64,000 bases of DNA from Escherichia phage slur16. The stretch lies in sequence record NC_028248.1; one strand, given 5' to 3'. Under the pieces are notes generated by a model. It was given only the letters and a program-made list of their open reading frames with translations, was not told the DNA's origin and did not search any database. Position numbers and translations under genes: made by a program. Below are positions 45,390-55,642 of the stretch, piece by piece. Position 1 is the stretch's first letter; each line of letters begins with the position of its first letter.

Positions 45390-46373
45390 ATGATGACAAA
45401 GTTAACTCTTGAGCAAATTTTAACACTAAAGCAACAGGGATACACTAATAGACAAATTGCTCGTGAATTTTTAGGCCGTGAGTCACGTGAGAGCTGGATC
45501 CGACTACAGCTTAAACGTGCACAAGAGAATATGTCAGAGATTGTAGGAGAAGCAACGGAGCGCTTCCTTGAAGAGCACAAAGGTGCTAAAGTTTGGGTGT
45601 ATGATACAGAGACATCTCCAACAAACGGCTGGTTCTTTGGGCACTATAAGACCAACATTCAAACCTGCGGTATTGAAATTATGCCCTACATGCTAACTTT
45701 CGCAGGTAAGTGGTTAGACAGTCCTAGTGTGGTTGACTGCGCTCTTCCTGATTACAAAATGTGGGATGAGGATATTCACAATGATCTCGAATTGATTCAG
45801 GATTTGTGGTATTATCTGGATAAATGTGATGTCGCAGTAGCCCACAATTCAGGTTTTGACTGTGGGTGGGCCAACCAACGATTTGCATTTCACGGATTGC
45901 CTCCAACAAGCCCCTACAAAGAGGTTGACACCCTTAAAATGATCAAGAAGGCATTCCGTTTGAATGCAAACACTTTGGAGTATGCATGCAAATACTTCCA
46001 ACTTGCCCGACAGAAACTGATTGACCACACATTTGAAATGTGGATCAAGTGTGTTCACGGTGATCTTGAGGCGTTTAAACAGATGCGGGAGTACAATGTT
46101 GGCGATATCCTATCTCTGGAAGGCCTGTATTTGCTGGCTCGCCCGTTTGCTAAGCAGCACCCCAACATGTCATTGTACTACCAGGATGAGGAGCCAAAAG
46201 TTCGTTGCCCACGCTGTGGTGGAGAACACCTTCACGAGGAAGAAGCTTTGGCGTATACTCAACTGAGTGCATTTAAAACATACCGCTGCGAAGGTTGTGG
46301 ATCTGTTGTTCGTGACCGTAACAACATCCGCACCAGAGAAGAAATGAAAAATACCCTGATTCAGATAATCTAA
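45390..46373 (+). CDS. DnaQ-like (DEDD) 3'-5' exonuclease with N-terminal HTH and C-terminal zinc ribbon
   Basis: HTH-like LKQQGYTNRQIAREF; Exo I VYDTETS, Exo II HNSGFD, Exo III YNVGDI; C-terminal CPRCGG...CEGCG. Confidence 0.55.
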   Translation: MMTKLTLEQILTLKQQGYTNRQIAREFLGRESRESWIRLQLKRAQENMSEIVGEATERFLEEHKGAKVWVYDTETSPTNGWFFGHYKTNIQTCGIEIMPYMLTFAGKWLDSPSVVDCALPDYKMWDEDIHNDLELIQDLWYYLDKCDVAVAHNSGFDCGWANQRFAFHGLPPTSPYKEVDTLKMIKKAFRLNANTLEYACKYFQLARQKLIDHTFEMWIKCVHGDLEAFKQMREYNVGDILSLEGLYLLARPFAKQHPNMSLYYQDEEPKVRCPRCGGEHLHEEEALAYTQLSAFKTYRCEGCGSVVRDRNNIRTREEMKNTLIQII

Positions 46374-46381
46374 CAATTATA

Positions 46382-46409
46382 GGGAGGCTTGCGCCTCCCT
46401 TTTCCTTTT
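46382..46409 (+). terminator. Rho-independent terminator
   Basis: Hairpin GGGAGGC-UUGC-GCCUCCC followed by UUUUCCUUUU, directly after the stop at 46373. Confidence 0.6.
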
Positions 46410-46418
46410 GGAGGCACT

Positions 46419-47237
46419 TTGAGCAAGAAAGAGTCCAACGACAAATACTACACAAACCCTGAGTATGCAGAATATCTTGTTGGTAAAGTAAAAGATAAGT
46501 ATGGGAATTGTGCATACGTTGAGCCTTCTGCTGGAAGGGGTTCTTTTTCAAAACTATTTTCAGAGATACTGTCGTACGATTTAGTACCAGATCCTGAATT
46601 TGAAGGACCAACACCGTGCATTCAGGCAAACTTCTTGGAGGTGCATCCCAAGGCAGATGTCTTCATAGGTAACCCACCATTTGGCAAGAATTCATCCTTA
46701 GCTTGCAAATTCTTTAACCATTGTGCATCATTGCTAGAGCTTGGAGGGGCTATAGCCTTCATCTTGCCACGGACATTTGAAAAAATATTTTTTGCAAACA
46801 AACTGGACATGTCGATGCACCTTGTCTACAGCGAAAGGTGCCCTAAGAATTCGTTTTTACTTAATGGCAAACCTTATGACGTGCCATGTGTTTTCCAAAT
46901 TTGGGAGAAAAAGGCGTGCAATAGGGATCCTGTAGAGATTGGAGAGAATAAGTTATTTTCTTTTAGCACACCAGATGACTACGACTTCTGTGTAAGACGT
47001 GTTGGGTATAATGCTGGAAAAGTATTGGGGGATGATGACCCAAAATCTGAAGAATCAACATATTTCATAAAATCTTTAGTTAACGGTGTTGACAGAGTGT
47101 TTGCTGAATGCTATTCTTCTTTTCAAGAAGAAGCAGGTAAGACTGCTGGAATGAAGAGTATAGGTAAGAAAGAACTACAATACATTTTGGAGACCAGGTA
47201 TGATCAAAAGCATAGACTTGACCAAAGAACTTACTGA
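46419..47237 (+). CDS. N6-adenine DNA methyltransferase (NPPF motif)
   Basis: YYTNP, motif I-like VEPSAGRGSF, motif IV FIGNPPFG. Track start 46389 lies inside the terminator hairpin; in-frame TTG at 46419 follows a GGAGG RBS, so the start is uncertain. Confidence 0.6.
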   Translation: MSKKESNDKYYTNPEYAEYLVGKVKDKYGNCAYVEPSAGRGSFSKLFSEILSYDLVPDPEFEGPTPCIQANFLEVHPKADVFIGNPPFGKNSSLACKFFNHCASLLELGGAIAFILPRTFEKIFFANKLDMSMHLVYSERCPKNSFLLNGKPYDVPCVFQIWEKKACNRDPVEIGENKLFSFSTPDDYDFCVRRVGYNAGKVLGDDDPKSEESTYFIKSLVNGVDRVFAECYSSFQEEAGKTAGMKSIGKKELQYILETRYDQKHRLDQRTY

Positions 47238-47658
47238 TGCAAAAGCTTTTGGTGAGACAGCGGTACAAAGAGGACAGGCGATGGGACTGGCACTACCTTT
47301 TGTCTTAAAAGAGCACTTTACAGATTTTCAACTTATCAAAGGTGATAAGGGAATGCTTATCCTGGAGCATAAGTTGAGTAAGAAACGCTATAAAGTCGTT
47401 TTTAATTCTAAAGCTCCAACAAAACTGGGATTCAGAACTTACAATCTTAACCCATCCTACACTAAGGGTGTTGGAAGGGTAGAACAACAGCATTTCAGTG
47501 CCAGAGCTTCTTTAGCCCCTTTGATGCTAAATTTCTCAGGGGTGGCTTTAGGATACCTTGATAAGAAAAGGGTTCTTCATGTTCGTTTCACAGACTTTGT
47601 AACGCTTTTAGCTAACAACGAGGTTGATGAGAAGGGACGTGTAAAAACAAACTTCTAA
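47200..47658 (+). CDS. Hypothetical protein
   Basis: 152-aa ORF. Confidence 0.3.
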   Translation: MIKSIDLTKELTDAKAFGETAVQRGQAMGLALPFVLKEHFTDFQLIKGDKGMLILEHKLSKKRYKVVFNSKAPTKLGFRTYNLNPSYTKGVGRVEQQHFSARASLAPLMLNFSGVALGYLDKKRVLHVRFTDFVTLLANNEVDEKGRVKTNF

Positions 47659-47673
47659 TAACGCATAGTATGA

Positions 47674-47877
47674 TTGGAGACCGAAATGACACTAGAGTTA
47701 ACAATTCCAGACAGCTTTTCAGAAAACTTTATCCCAGAAATGATGAGTAAGATGCGATCATTGCTTGATCAGATTGAGGAGGCTGTTTGGGAAGACGATG
47801 CTGTAGTGGCTAACGAGCTGGTAGATAAGTGTAAAAGTATTATTGATGCAGTTGAAGAATACCACGGAGGTTTTTAA
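47674..47877 (+). CDS. Hypothetical acidic protein
   Basis: 67-aa ORF. Confidence 0.3.
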   Translation: METEMTLELTIPDSFSENFIPEMMSKMRSLLDQIEEAVWEDDAVVANELVDKCKSIIDAVEEYHGGF

Positions 47878-48491
47878 TGGATATTATTGTTCTTAACGCC
47901 CCACCCAGCAGTGGTAAGGATCACATTGCAGATCTCTTGTTGGAAGCTATTCCTAACTCACACCACCGTGAGGTTAAGGAAATGCTCTTCAGTGTGGCAA
48001 TTAAGGCAGCTGGTGTAACTCCTCAACTCTGGAATGCACTTTATGACCGCCACTACAAAGAAGAGCCTTGCCCTTTCTTAATGATAGACGGCAAGCATGT
48101 TTCTCCGCGAGAATGGATGATCCATTGTAGTGAAAATCTGATTAAACCTATCTTTGGTGAAGATGCTTTCGGTAAAGCCGCAGTCGCATCTTTGAAGAAA
48201 GATTTCCCTGAAGGTAAAGGGGTTATTGTTTACTCCGATGGGGGATTCAAAGAGGAGCTGGCATGCCTTAGCGAGTACGCATACAGCACAGGTGGAGATC
48301 TGTTGTTGTTCCGTATTCACCGTGTAGGATATGACTGGGGAAATGATTCCAGAACCTATCTAAGTCTGGAAAAGAACGGAATAAAAGGGGTTGAGTTTGA
48401 TGTTGTAAACCCTGAAGGCGCACCTTGGGAGTGTGCATCGGAGATTGTGTGCAAGTATATTGATGCTAAAGAGGCCCAAGAAGAATGTTAA
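47877..48491 (+). CDS. P-loop nucleotide kinase-like protein (possible dNMP kinase)
   Basis: P-loop-like LNAPPSSGKD near the N-terminus; weak. Confidence 0.3.
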   Translation: MDIIVLNAPPSSGKDHIADLLLEAIPNSHHREVKEMLFSVAIKAAGVTPQLWNALYDRHYKEEPCPFLMIDGKHVSPREWMIHCSENLIKPIFGEDAFGKAAVASLKKDFPEGKGVIVYSDGGFKEELACLSEYAYSTGGDLLLFRIHRVGYDWGNDSRTYLSLEKNGIKGVEFDVVNPEGAPWECASEIVCKYIDAKEAQEEC

Positions 48492-49078
48492 TCGGAATTG
48501 ATGTAGATCTGACACTGGTAGATTCAGGAACAGCATGGTGGGAGTGGTTGGAGCGTTTGTATGGTCCAGCCAGTAAGACAGTAGCTAAACCTTCTAATGG
48601 GCTAATGTATTACGATCTGTCAAAGTATTGGCCTGATCGTCCCAAAGAAAACATCATAGGACCTTTTGATTTCTGGAGTGATCCGTTCCTCTACGACTTC
48701 CTTAAGCCTGAAGAGGGGGCTATTGAGGTTATGAAAGATTTGGTGGCTCGTGGTCACAAGCTTGCATTTATCTCGGTATGCAAGAAAGGTCACCTTGCAT
48801 CTAAATCAAGGTTCTTAAAGCGTTGGACCAGTGATTTTATGGATCTGGACGATCACACCCAGGGCCACGGCTTCTACGCCACACATTTCAAAGGGAATGT
48901 GGCTGTAGATGTTATAATTGACGACAGGCATGAATACCTGAACCAATTCGCTTCACGACCTGAAGTTATTAAAATCCTAAAAGATACACCTTATGAGCAA
49001 TTCGAGGAGTTAAAGGTCAGTGTTGACTATACCGCTAATAGCTGGTATAAAATAGGAAAATTTTTAGAAGGTATTTGA
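48485..49078 (+). CDS. HAD-superfamily hydrolase, 5'-deoxynucleotidase-like
   Basis: HAD motif I GIDVDLTL (DxDxT) at the N-terminus and a downstream DD motif (VIIDDRHEY). Confidence 0.45.
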   Translation: MLIGIDVDLTLVDSGTAWWEWLERLYGPASKTVAKPSNGLMYYDLSKYWPDRPKENIIGPFDFWSDPFLYDFLKPEEGAIEVMKDLVARGHKLAFISVCKKGHLASKSRFLKRWTSDFMDLDDHTQGHGFYATHFKGNVAVDVIIDDRHEYLNQFASRPEVIKILKDTPYEQFEELKVSVDYTANSWYKIGKFLEGI

Positions 49079-49079
49079 A

Positions 49080-49280
49080 ATGGGCAGATGTTCTAAAGGT
49101 GGCGATCCTGTAGTCAGATACGGTGACTGGCTAGAGGTGTATGATCTAGGAGGTAAGCTAGTGTATGCCTCTAGGATCACCCAAGATATGTGCTCTGACA
49201 TGTTCAACAGATACCTTGCATTTAAGGCCAACATAAACCCAGACGAAATTTCCAAAATTAAAACAAGGAGAGCTAAATAA
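49080..49280 (+). CDS. Hypothetical protein
   Basis: 66-aa ORF. Confidence 0.3.
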   Translation: MGRCSKGGDPVVRYGDWLEVYDLGGKLVYASRITQDMCSDMFNRYLAFKANINPDEISKIKTRRAK

Positions 49281-50263
49281 TGCTAAAACTGTGCACTGCA
49301 AAGATTATTGCTGACAGCATTTCCGAGAAAGGTAAGCGTATCACCACTTTTGAACTAGAGTATCCTCGAATTATTCACTCAGAGCTTATGACGCACCGAG
49401 TGTTCAGCCGAAACGCCATGTCTTCCCGTGCAGTACCTGTCGGCAAGATGCTGCAACAGATTGTGGAGAATCCGGCAATGCCAGTTCGCTTCGGTGTAAA
49501 TAAGCGAGGAATGGAAGATGGTGGGGAACACGATCAAAAGATCCGTGTAGAGTACACTGACATGGAGCTAACTCCTGAAGAGTTTTGGAAAGAAGCTGCA
49601 AAAAACGCCGCTTGGCATGCAGAGAAGTTCGCCCTTGCTGGTTACCATAAGCAAGTATGTAACCGCTTAGTGGAGCCGTTCCAGCGCATGAAAACAGTTG
49701 TAACAAGCACCGAGTGGAATAATTTTTTCCACCTCCGTTGCTGGCACGATGCGGATCCTACGATTCAGATGTTAGCTAATTGTATGTGGGAGGCTCTTGA
49801 GAATAGCACTCCTGAAATCCTTAAACCGGGTCAATGGCACACCCCATATGTAGAGCACGTTTATTTGGACGGAGAGTTTAACTACGCTGTACGTGACACA
49901 GAAGGAAAGCTCTGCATTCTCGATACTAAAGAAGCTCTGTCTATCAGTGCTAGTTGCTGTGCACAAGTATCTTATCGAAATATTGACAGCACGTTTGAAA
50001 AGGCAGATAGTGTGGCTAAAAAATTGATTGGTGGGGATCGTATTCATGCAAGCCCTTACGAGCACCAGGCAACACCTATGGATCACGATAACGCAATGGA
50101 ACGTTTAAACTACTACCTGTCTTCATGTGAAATCACACAAGACATCAGTACTTGGCAGGAAGGTGTAACCCATCAAGACCGTGATGGTAAATTCTGGTCT
50201 GCCAACTTTTGTGGGTGGGTTCAGCACAGACAACTGCTTAATAACCACTTCGTGAAAGGTTAA
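49280..50263 (+). CDS. thyX: Flavin-dependent thymidylate synthase (ThyX-like)
   Basis: ELMTHRVFSRNAMSSRAVP approximates the ThyX signature (R)HR-x7-S; context among nucleotide metabolism genes. Confidence 0.5.
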   Translation: MLKLCTAKIIADSISEKGKRITTFELEYPRIIHSELMTHRVFSRNAMSSRAVPVGKMLQQIVENPAMPVRFGVNKRGMEDGGEHDQKIRVEYTDMELTPEEFWKEAAKNAAWHAEKFALAGYHKQVCNRLVEPFQRMKTVVTSTEWNNFFHLRCWHDADPTIQMLANCMWEALENSTPEILKPGQWHTPYVEHVYLDGEFNYAVRDTEGKLCILDTKEALSISASCCAQVSYRNIDSTFEKADSVAKKLIGGDRIHASPYEHQATPMDHDNAMERLNYYLSSCEITQDISTWQEGVTHQDRDGKFWSANFCGWVQHRQLLNNHFVKG

Positions 50264-50292
50264 TCCTATCACAGCGATAGGTAACTTTTGTG

Positions 50293-50321
50293 TTGACTAA
50301 TAGTATTAGATAATCTATAAT
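50293..50321 (+). promoter_or_regulatory. Sigma70-type promoter
   Basis: TTGACT (50293-50298), 17-nt spacer, TATAAT (50316-50321); preceded by a hairpin CCUAUC-ACAGC-GAUAGG after thyX. Confidence 0.5.
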
Positions 50322-50349
50322 AATGGCTCACTTTGTTGGTGAGCCAGAA

Positions 50350-50823
50350 ATGGAGACAGATATGAGTAATGTTATGATTCCTAAAAAGACATTTATTTCA
50401 GTTACTTTAGATTTTCTATCTACCGTCCCTGGGTTTAACGTTCGCACACGAAACGGTCTCCGAGCTGCACTCTTTGCCGTAGGGTTTGATTTAAAAAGTA
50501 TTGATGTTCTTCGTGGAAAAAACGTTCGATGCAAAAATAAGCCAACACATTATCGAAAGGCAGATGTATTTGCTGGTGTCATGCGTGCAGACTTTAGATA
50601 CCCACAAATGTATAACGGTGTAGATATTTTAGATGTAGATAAAGCACCTGGTGAGGCAATGCTTGTTCAAGATCTCCCGTATGATATCCCTGTAGAGGAT
50701 CGTGTTAATGTAAGAAAGTATACAAAACAATCTGAAAAGGCTGAAGATATTCATATTGTTGATGAACCTTTCAATTTTGAAGATCTGCATCGCCTGGAAA
50801 AATTATTCGGTATTGAAAGCTAA
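50350..50823 (+). CDS. Hypothetical protein
   Basis: Track ORF 50323-50823 trimmed to the internal ATG at 50350 because the -10 element ends at 50321. Confidence 0.35.
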   Translation: METDMSNVMIPKKTFISVTLDFLSTVPGFNVRTRNGLRAALFAVGFDLKSIDVLRGKNVRCKNKPTHYRKADVFAGVMRADFRYPQMYNGVDILDVDKAPGEAMLVQDLPYDIPVEDRVNVRKYTKQSEKAEDIHIVDEPFNFEDLHRLEKLFGIES

Positions 50824-50833
50824 GGTGGTGAAG

Positions 50834-51064
50834 ATGAGTCATAACTCCAAGTGGAAGGATCTTGGTTTTGCAAGTCGGGCAGAGTATGTTGGTTGGCTTT
50901 GGTTCAATGGCCTGACAAACGATATTAAAATGTATGATGATGTCTATTATGACGAGTATACAGGTAAAATTATAAATATCTCTGTAGAAGAGGATACTTT
51001 TATCCAGCAAGATACTGATACCTGTCTTGATAAATACGTTAGTGAAGTGGAGGAAGCAAATTGA
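50834..51064 (+). CDS. Hypothetical protein
   Basis: Start at ATG 50834 preceded by AAGGTGGTGAAG RBS; the track ORF 50756 start overlaps the upstream gene. Confidence 0.35.
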   Translation: MSHNSKWKDLGFASRAEYVGWLWFNGLTNDIKMYDDVYYDEYTGKIINISVEEDTFIQQDTDTCLDKYVSEVEEAN

Positions 51065-53376
51065 TCACCAAGGTAATTAAAAGCAACGGATGTGAAGTGG
51101 CATTCGATCCAGAACGTTTAAATAAGGCAGCTATTTTCGGTGACGATGGTAACGGCAATTGGTCACATATTGCACTGGATGCCTACAAGCGGTTGTATGA
51201 TGGATGTACAACCAAAGAAGTTAACCAAGCTATTATAGACTCTTGTGTTAGCCGTAAAGACGAAGCACATTCCCGTATGGCTGGTCGTGTTCTCATTGGT
51301 CAGATCTATAAAGAGGCTTTTGGAGGGTTTACAAAGATCCCTTCCTTACCATTATTTTACAATGACATGGTTGAGAAAGGTTATTGGGAGGATATGGGTT
51401 ATAGCTTTACCGAGCTAAACACTTTAGACGCTGTTATTGACCACAGTAAAGATCTCGGTTATGGCTATGCAGTCCTTAAACAGTTTCGCGACAAATACGG
51501 GATCAAGGATACTCTTAAAGACACCTTGTTTGAATCTCCCCAGATGATGTTTATGGGGATAGCAATGGCTGTCATGAAGAATATGCCGAAAGAACGTCGT
51601 ATCAACGATGTTGTAAAATTATACACTTATCTGTCCGACTTAAAGATCAATGCCCCAACACCGTACTTAAACGGGCTGCGCACAGGTAAGACAGGGTATG
51701 CATCTTGTTGTGTAATAAAAGCTGACGATACAGCAAAATCTATTGGTGTGGCACGTGAAGTTGCGTACACAATGACGGTTAACCAGGCAGGTATCGGCTA
51801 CTATTTATCCTCAAGATCTGCAGGCGATGGTGTTCGTGGTAACACTATTAAACATATGGGTAAGATTCCATATTATCGAGGTATTGATGCTGGGGTTAAG
51901 GAGAACAGACAACAATCACGTGGCGGTTCTGCAACAGTATCATTCCTTGCACTGGATCCGCAGATTGATGAGCTAATCCGTTTGAGAAACCCTATGACTG
52001 TTGCTTCAAAAAGAATCAACACCATGGACTACTCTATAGGTATTAACAGGTCGTTTATCAACCGTGTGGCTAAGAATTTAGATTGGATGCTTGTTTCTTA
52101 TAAGCACGCGCCTCAACTGCATGAGGGTATCTTCACCATGTCTATGGAGGAGTTTGATGCAGAGGTTGATCGTATCGCTAAAGATGACAGTATTCCTAAA
52201 ACATGGATCCGAGCTAGAGATCTTGCTGTTGAACTGCTCACGCAGCGTACTGAGGTTGGAAGGCTGTTCGTATACTGGACAGACGAGATGAATAGACATA
52301 CACCTTTTAAAGATGTGATCTATTCAAGTAACCTGTGTGCAGAAATAGCCCTCCCGACAAAAGGCTATTCAGATATGCGTAATATCTTCAAGCACGATGT
52401 TGATGATGGCGAAGTTGCATTGTGCTTCCTGTCATCCCTTGTAGCTGGAAGGGTTACCCCAGAGGAGTATGAGGATGTTGCATATTACACTGTGCTTATG
52501 ATTGACAATGTTATGGAAATCATGACATATCCGTATGAAAATATGGAGAGCACTGTTAAAAAACGCAGATCCATCGGAGTTGGCCTTACCAATGTTGCAC
52601 ATTTTATTGCCAGCCACAAGGTTACTTACGGATCTCCTGAAAGTAAACAGCTTGTTCACGATCTTGCAGAACTTCACAGCTACAGTTTGCATAAGGCAAG
52701 TTTACGATTGGCAAAAGAGCGTGGTGTCTGTGAGTGGATGCATAAAACAAAATACCCGGAGGGTTGGTTACCAATCGACACCTATAACAAAGAGGTCGAT
52801 AGCGTGGTGAAAGATCCTTCTCTTAAACAGGATTGGGAAGGGTTACGTAAAGAAATCATTGAAAATGGTGGGCTACGTAATAGCGTTCTTGAAGCATATA
52901 TGCCTAATGAAAGCTCTTCGCTGGCAACAAACACCACTAACGGGGTTTATCCTGTCCGTGAGCACATTATCTTTAAAAAGTCGCCACAAGGGCAGGTGCT
53001 GTTTATCGTTCCTGACTATGATGAGTTGAAAGAGTATTACACTTCGGCTTGGGACGTTGATACTAACGACATGATCGATATGTATGCTGTGATTCAAAAA
53101 TTCACAGGTCAGGCAATCAGCGCGGATTTATACATAGACTACACCAAGTTGAAAGATGGTAAAATTTCAATGAAGGAGCAGCTAGGGTACCTTATCCGTG
53201 CCACTAAATTCGGGATGAAGACATGGTATTATTTAAACTCTAGGGTTGGTGCTGGTGACTCCTTGGCAGAGGAACTTCATGCCAAGAAACAGGCTGAAGA
53301 TGAAACCAGAAAGAACTACCCTTTGATTGCAGATAGTTCAGTTGAAGATCCGTATTGCGAAAGCTGTGCACTATAA
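51061..53376 (+). CDS. nrdA: Ribonucleoside-diphosphate reductase alpha subunit (class Ia)
   Basis: 771 aa; N-terminal ATP-cone, active-site SSNLCAEIALPT, C-terminal CESCAL; TTG start with GAGGAAG RBS. Confidence 0.9.
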   Translation: MITKVIKSNGCEVAFDPERLNKAAIFGDDGNGNWSHIALDAYKRLYDGCTTKEVNQAIIDSCVSRKDEAHSRMAGRVLIGQIYKEAFGGFTKIPSLPLFYNDMVEKGYWEDMGYSFTELNTLDAVIDHSKDLGYGYAVLKQFRDKYGIKDTLKDTLFESPQMMFMGIAMAVMKNMPKERRINDVVKLYTYLSDLKINAPTPYLNGLRTGKTGYASCCVIKADDTAKSIGVAREVAYTMTVNQAGIGYYLSSRSAGDGVRGNTIKHMGKIPYYRGIDAGVKENRQQSRGGSATVSFLALDPQIDELIRLRNPMTVASKRINTMDYSIGINRSFINRVAKNLDWMLVSYKHAPQLHEGIFTMSMEEFDAEVDRIAKDDSIPKTWIRARDLAVELLTQRTEVGRLFVYWTDEMNRHTPFKDVIYSSNLCAEIALPTKGYSDMRNIFKHDVDDGEVALCFLSSLVAGRVTPEEYEDVAYYTVLMIDNVMEIMTYPYENMESTVKKRRSIGVGLTNVAHFIASHKVTYGSPESKQLVHDLAELHSYSLHKASLRLAKERGVCEWMHKTKYPEGWLPIDTYNKEVDSVVKDPSLKQDWEGLRKEIIENGGLRNSVLEAYMPNESSSLATNTTNGVYPVREHIIFKKSPQGQVLFIVPDYDELKEYYTSAWDVDTNDMIDMYAVIQKFTGQAISADLYIDYTKLKDGKISMKEQLGYLIRATKFGMKTWYYLNSRVGAGDSLAEELHAKKQAEDETRKNYPLIADSSVEDPYCESCAL

Positions 53377-53383
53377 TTTTAAA

Positions 53384-53403
53384 GGGGCTTCGGCCCCATT
53401 TTA
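53384..53403 (+). terminator. Hairpin between nrdA and nrdB (weak terminator/attenuator)
   Basis: GGGGC-UUCG-GCCCC followed by AUUUUA. Confidence 0.35.
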
Positions 53404-53414
53404 GAGGTAGAATA

Positions 53415-54503
53415 ATGGCTGTATTTAATGCTGAGAACACCGCTCATAAAACTGGTGACTATCCGCTGTTTCTGGGACAGCAAATGGGTATGTACGACTC
53501 TATCAACAAAAAATATCCACAACTGTTCGAACTGTACAAAAAACAAAAAGAACAAGACTGGGCAGAGGATGAAGTGGATTTGTCGCAATCTATTTCAGAT
53601 TTTGTAACATGCTCCAAGTCAACTTATGATGTGATGGTGCAGACCTTGATGTGGCAATGGGAGGCTGATAGCGTTGCGGCAAGATCGATCATCTGCCTCT
53701 TTTCACCATTCATCACTAATAGTGAGCTTTTCACTCTATTGATGAAACAGTCAGAGATTGAAGTTCTTCACGCACTAACTTACTCAGAGATTGTTAGACA
53801 ATGCCTCCCCAATGCCCGTGAGATTATAGAAGAGATTCAGGAAAACCAAAACGTTCTGAGCAGATCTGGCGTTATTGTCAAATACATGCAAGAGCTTGAG
53901 GTTATTGGTGCAAAATACCGACTGGATCCTTCTAGTGTTGAAGAGGATATTGTGCGGAAATGCATTCTTAGAGCGCTTTTTGCACTTTTAGCCCTGGAAA
54001 GTATTGAGTTTATTGCAAGTTTTGCATGCACTTTCGCAGTAGCTGAACAGGGTATTTTTGTTCAGGTGGCGCAGCTTGTTCAAAAAATCATGCTTGACGA
54101 AATGCTACATTCGAAAGGTGATTTTGCCATCATTGATATCCTGCTTAATGATCCGGCATGGGAGAAAAGCTTCCTTGAGATAAAAGGGGAGTTAAAAGAG
54201 ATTCTTGATGAAGTACGAACCAAAGAGTACGGTTGGAGTGACTATATTTTCAGCGAAGGAAGAGCGATTATAGGTCTTAACTCACCGTTGCTTAAAGAAT
54301 GGGTTGACTATAACTGCTCACCGATTTATGATTACTACGGCATCGACAAAGACTTTGTGCCGCCAACAAAGGACCCTCTACCGTTTATGCAGGTGTGGAT
54401 GAAACCTTCATTGCAACAGACGGCGAACCAAGAAATGTCGAACACTGACTACCGCGTCAACACAACTGTTAATGACGCTGAAGAAGAAATTTGGGAGTTT
54501 TAA
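53415..54503 (+). CDS. nrdB: Ribonucleoside-diphosphate reductase beta subunit (class Ia)
   Basis: Start at ATG 53415 after AGAGGTAG RBS (the track start 53355 overlaps nrdA); ferritin-like helical protein with acidic C-terminal tail ...DAEEEIWEF; directly downstream of nrdA. Confidence 0.8.
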   Translation: MAVFNAENTAHKTGDYPLFLGQQMGMYDSINKKYPQLFELYKKQKEQDWAEDEVDLSQSISDFVTCSKSTYDVMVQTLMWQWEADSVAARSIICLFSPFITNSELFTLLMKQSEIEVLHALTYSEIVRQCLPNAREIIEEIQENQNVLSRSGVIVKYMQELEVIGAKYRLDPSSVEEDIVRKCILRALFALLALESIEFIASFACTFAVAEQGIFVQVAQLVQKIMLDEMLHSKGDFAIIDILLNDPAWEKSFLEIKGELKEILDEVRTKEYGWSDYIFSEGRAIIGLNSPLLKEWVDYNCSPIYDYYGIDKDFVPPTKDPLPFMQVWMKPSLQQTANQEMSNTDYRVNTTVNDAEEEIWEF

Positions 54504-54506
54504 TAC

Positions 54507-54785
54507 ATGAGCTGTGAAAAATCTTTTTTCTTTATTATTTACGGTAAAGATAACTGCCCACATTGTGTAAGAGCAAAAGAATTTGCAGTCAGTAAAGGTC
54601 TGCCTTTTGTATATAAGACACTTGGCGAGGGTTACACAAAAGAAGAGCTTATTGAGAAGTGCAGTCCAATCGTACCCAGAACGTTGCCGCAGATCTTCTT
54701 AGAAAGCAATCTTGAAAGTGTCCATATAGGCGGTGCCGACGATTTCATCTCTTTTGTTAAGAATGGTTTTGGAGAGAAAAAGTGA
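54507..54785 (+). CDS. Glutaredoxin-like protein (NrdH/Grx)
   Basis: 92 aa with CPHC redox motif (YGKDNCPHCVRAKEF), between nrdB and nrdD. Confidence 0.6.
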   Translation: MSCEKSFFFIIYGKDNCPHCVRAKEFAVSKGLPFVYKTLGEGYTKEELIEKCSPIVPRTLPQIFLESNLESVHIGGADDFISFVKNGFGEKK

Positions 54786-55642
54786 AAGTTGTAAAACGGG
54801 ACGGTAGAGAAGAGGTCTATAACGGAATTAAGGTGATCAAGGCGGCAGAGTCCGCCTTACTTGAGTCTGGACATACTGAAGAAGAAGCTTACCGGATCGC
54901 CTGTGCGGTTAATGAAGTTGTTGCTAACAATCTACCAACCGATCAGTGCACGATCTCTGTAAAAAATATCCATATCCTTGTTGAAGATGCTCTTATGGAT
55001 ATGGGTTTAAAATGTGCAGCCAGAGAATACATCCAGTATAGGCAGACAAGAGATAATAACAGAGAGGCAGGTGGAAAACTGCTTGCAGATATTAGTGGCT
55101 TCTTGGATCGCACTTGTGATGAATTTACAAAAGAAAACGCAAATAAGCCTACCAATCATGTACACACTCATCGTGACCTGCTTGCAGGCATCCTTAGCAA
55201 ACACCTTGCATCAACACAGATCCTGCCAGACCGTGTCTCAGAAGAGCACAATAAAGGCTTCATCCATGTGCATGATCTTGACTACTTGATCAGTCCGTTA
55301 ACAAACTGTTGTTTGGTAAATTATCCAGATATGTTGGAAAACGGATTCAACATTGGCAACGCCCATGTCAGTAAGCCGAAGTCAATAGGGGTTGCAACAA
55401 CAATCCTTAGCCAAATCTCTAGTGCGGTAGCTAGTGCTCAATATGGTGGTCAGACTATGAGCCATATTGATCATTATCTGGCACAGTATGCTGAAGCAAC
55501 CTATGAGAAGAACCTTAAATTTTGCCAGGAACATTGGTTGCCGGATGCTGAAACTGTTGCAATGCAAATGACAGATAAAGACGTATTTGACAGCATGCAG
55601 ACTTTGCTCTATCAAATCAATACGTTAACTTCTGTCAACGGT
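54782..55642 (+). CDS. nrdD: Anaerobic ribonucleoside-triphosphate reductase, exon 1
   Basis: GTG start with RBS; N-terminal ATP-cone-like region; frame closed by UAA immediately after ...AAC GGU, the same arrangement as the terminase intron junction. Confidence 0.75.
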
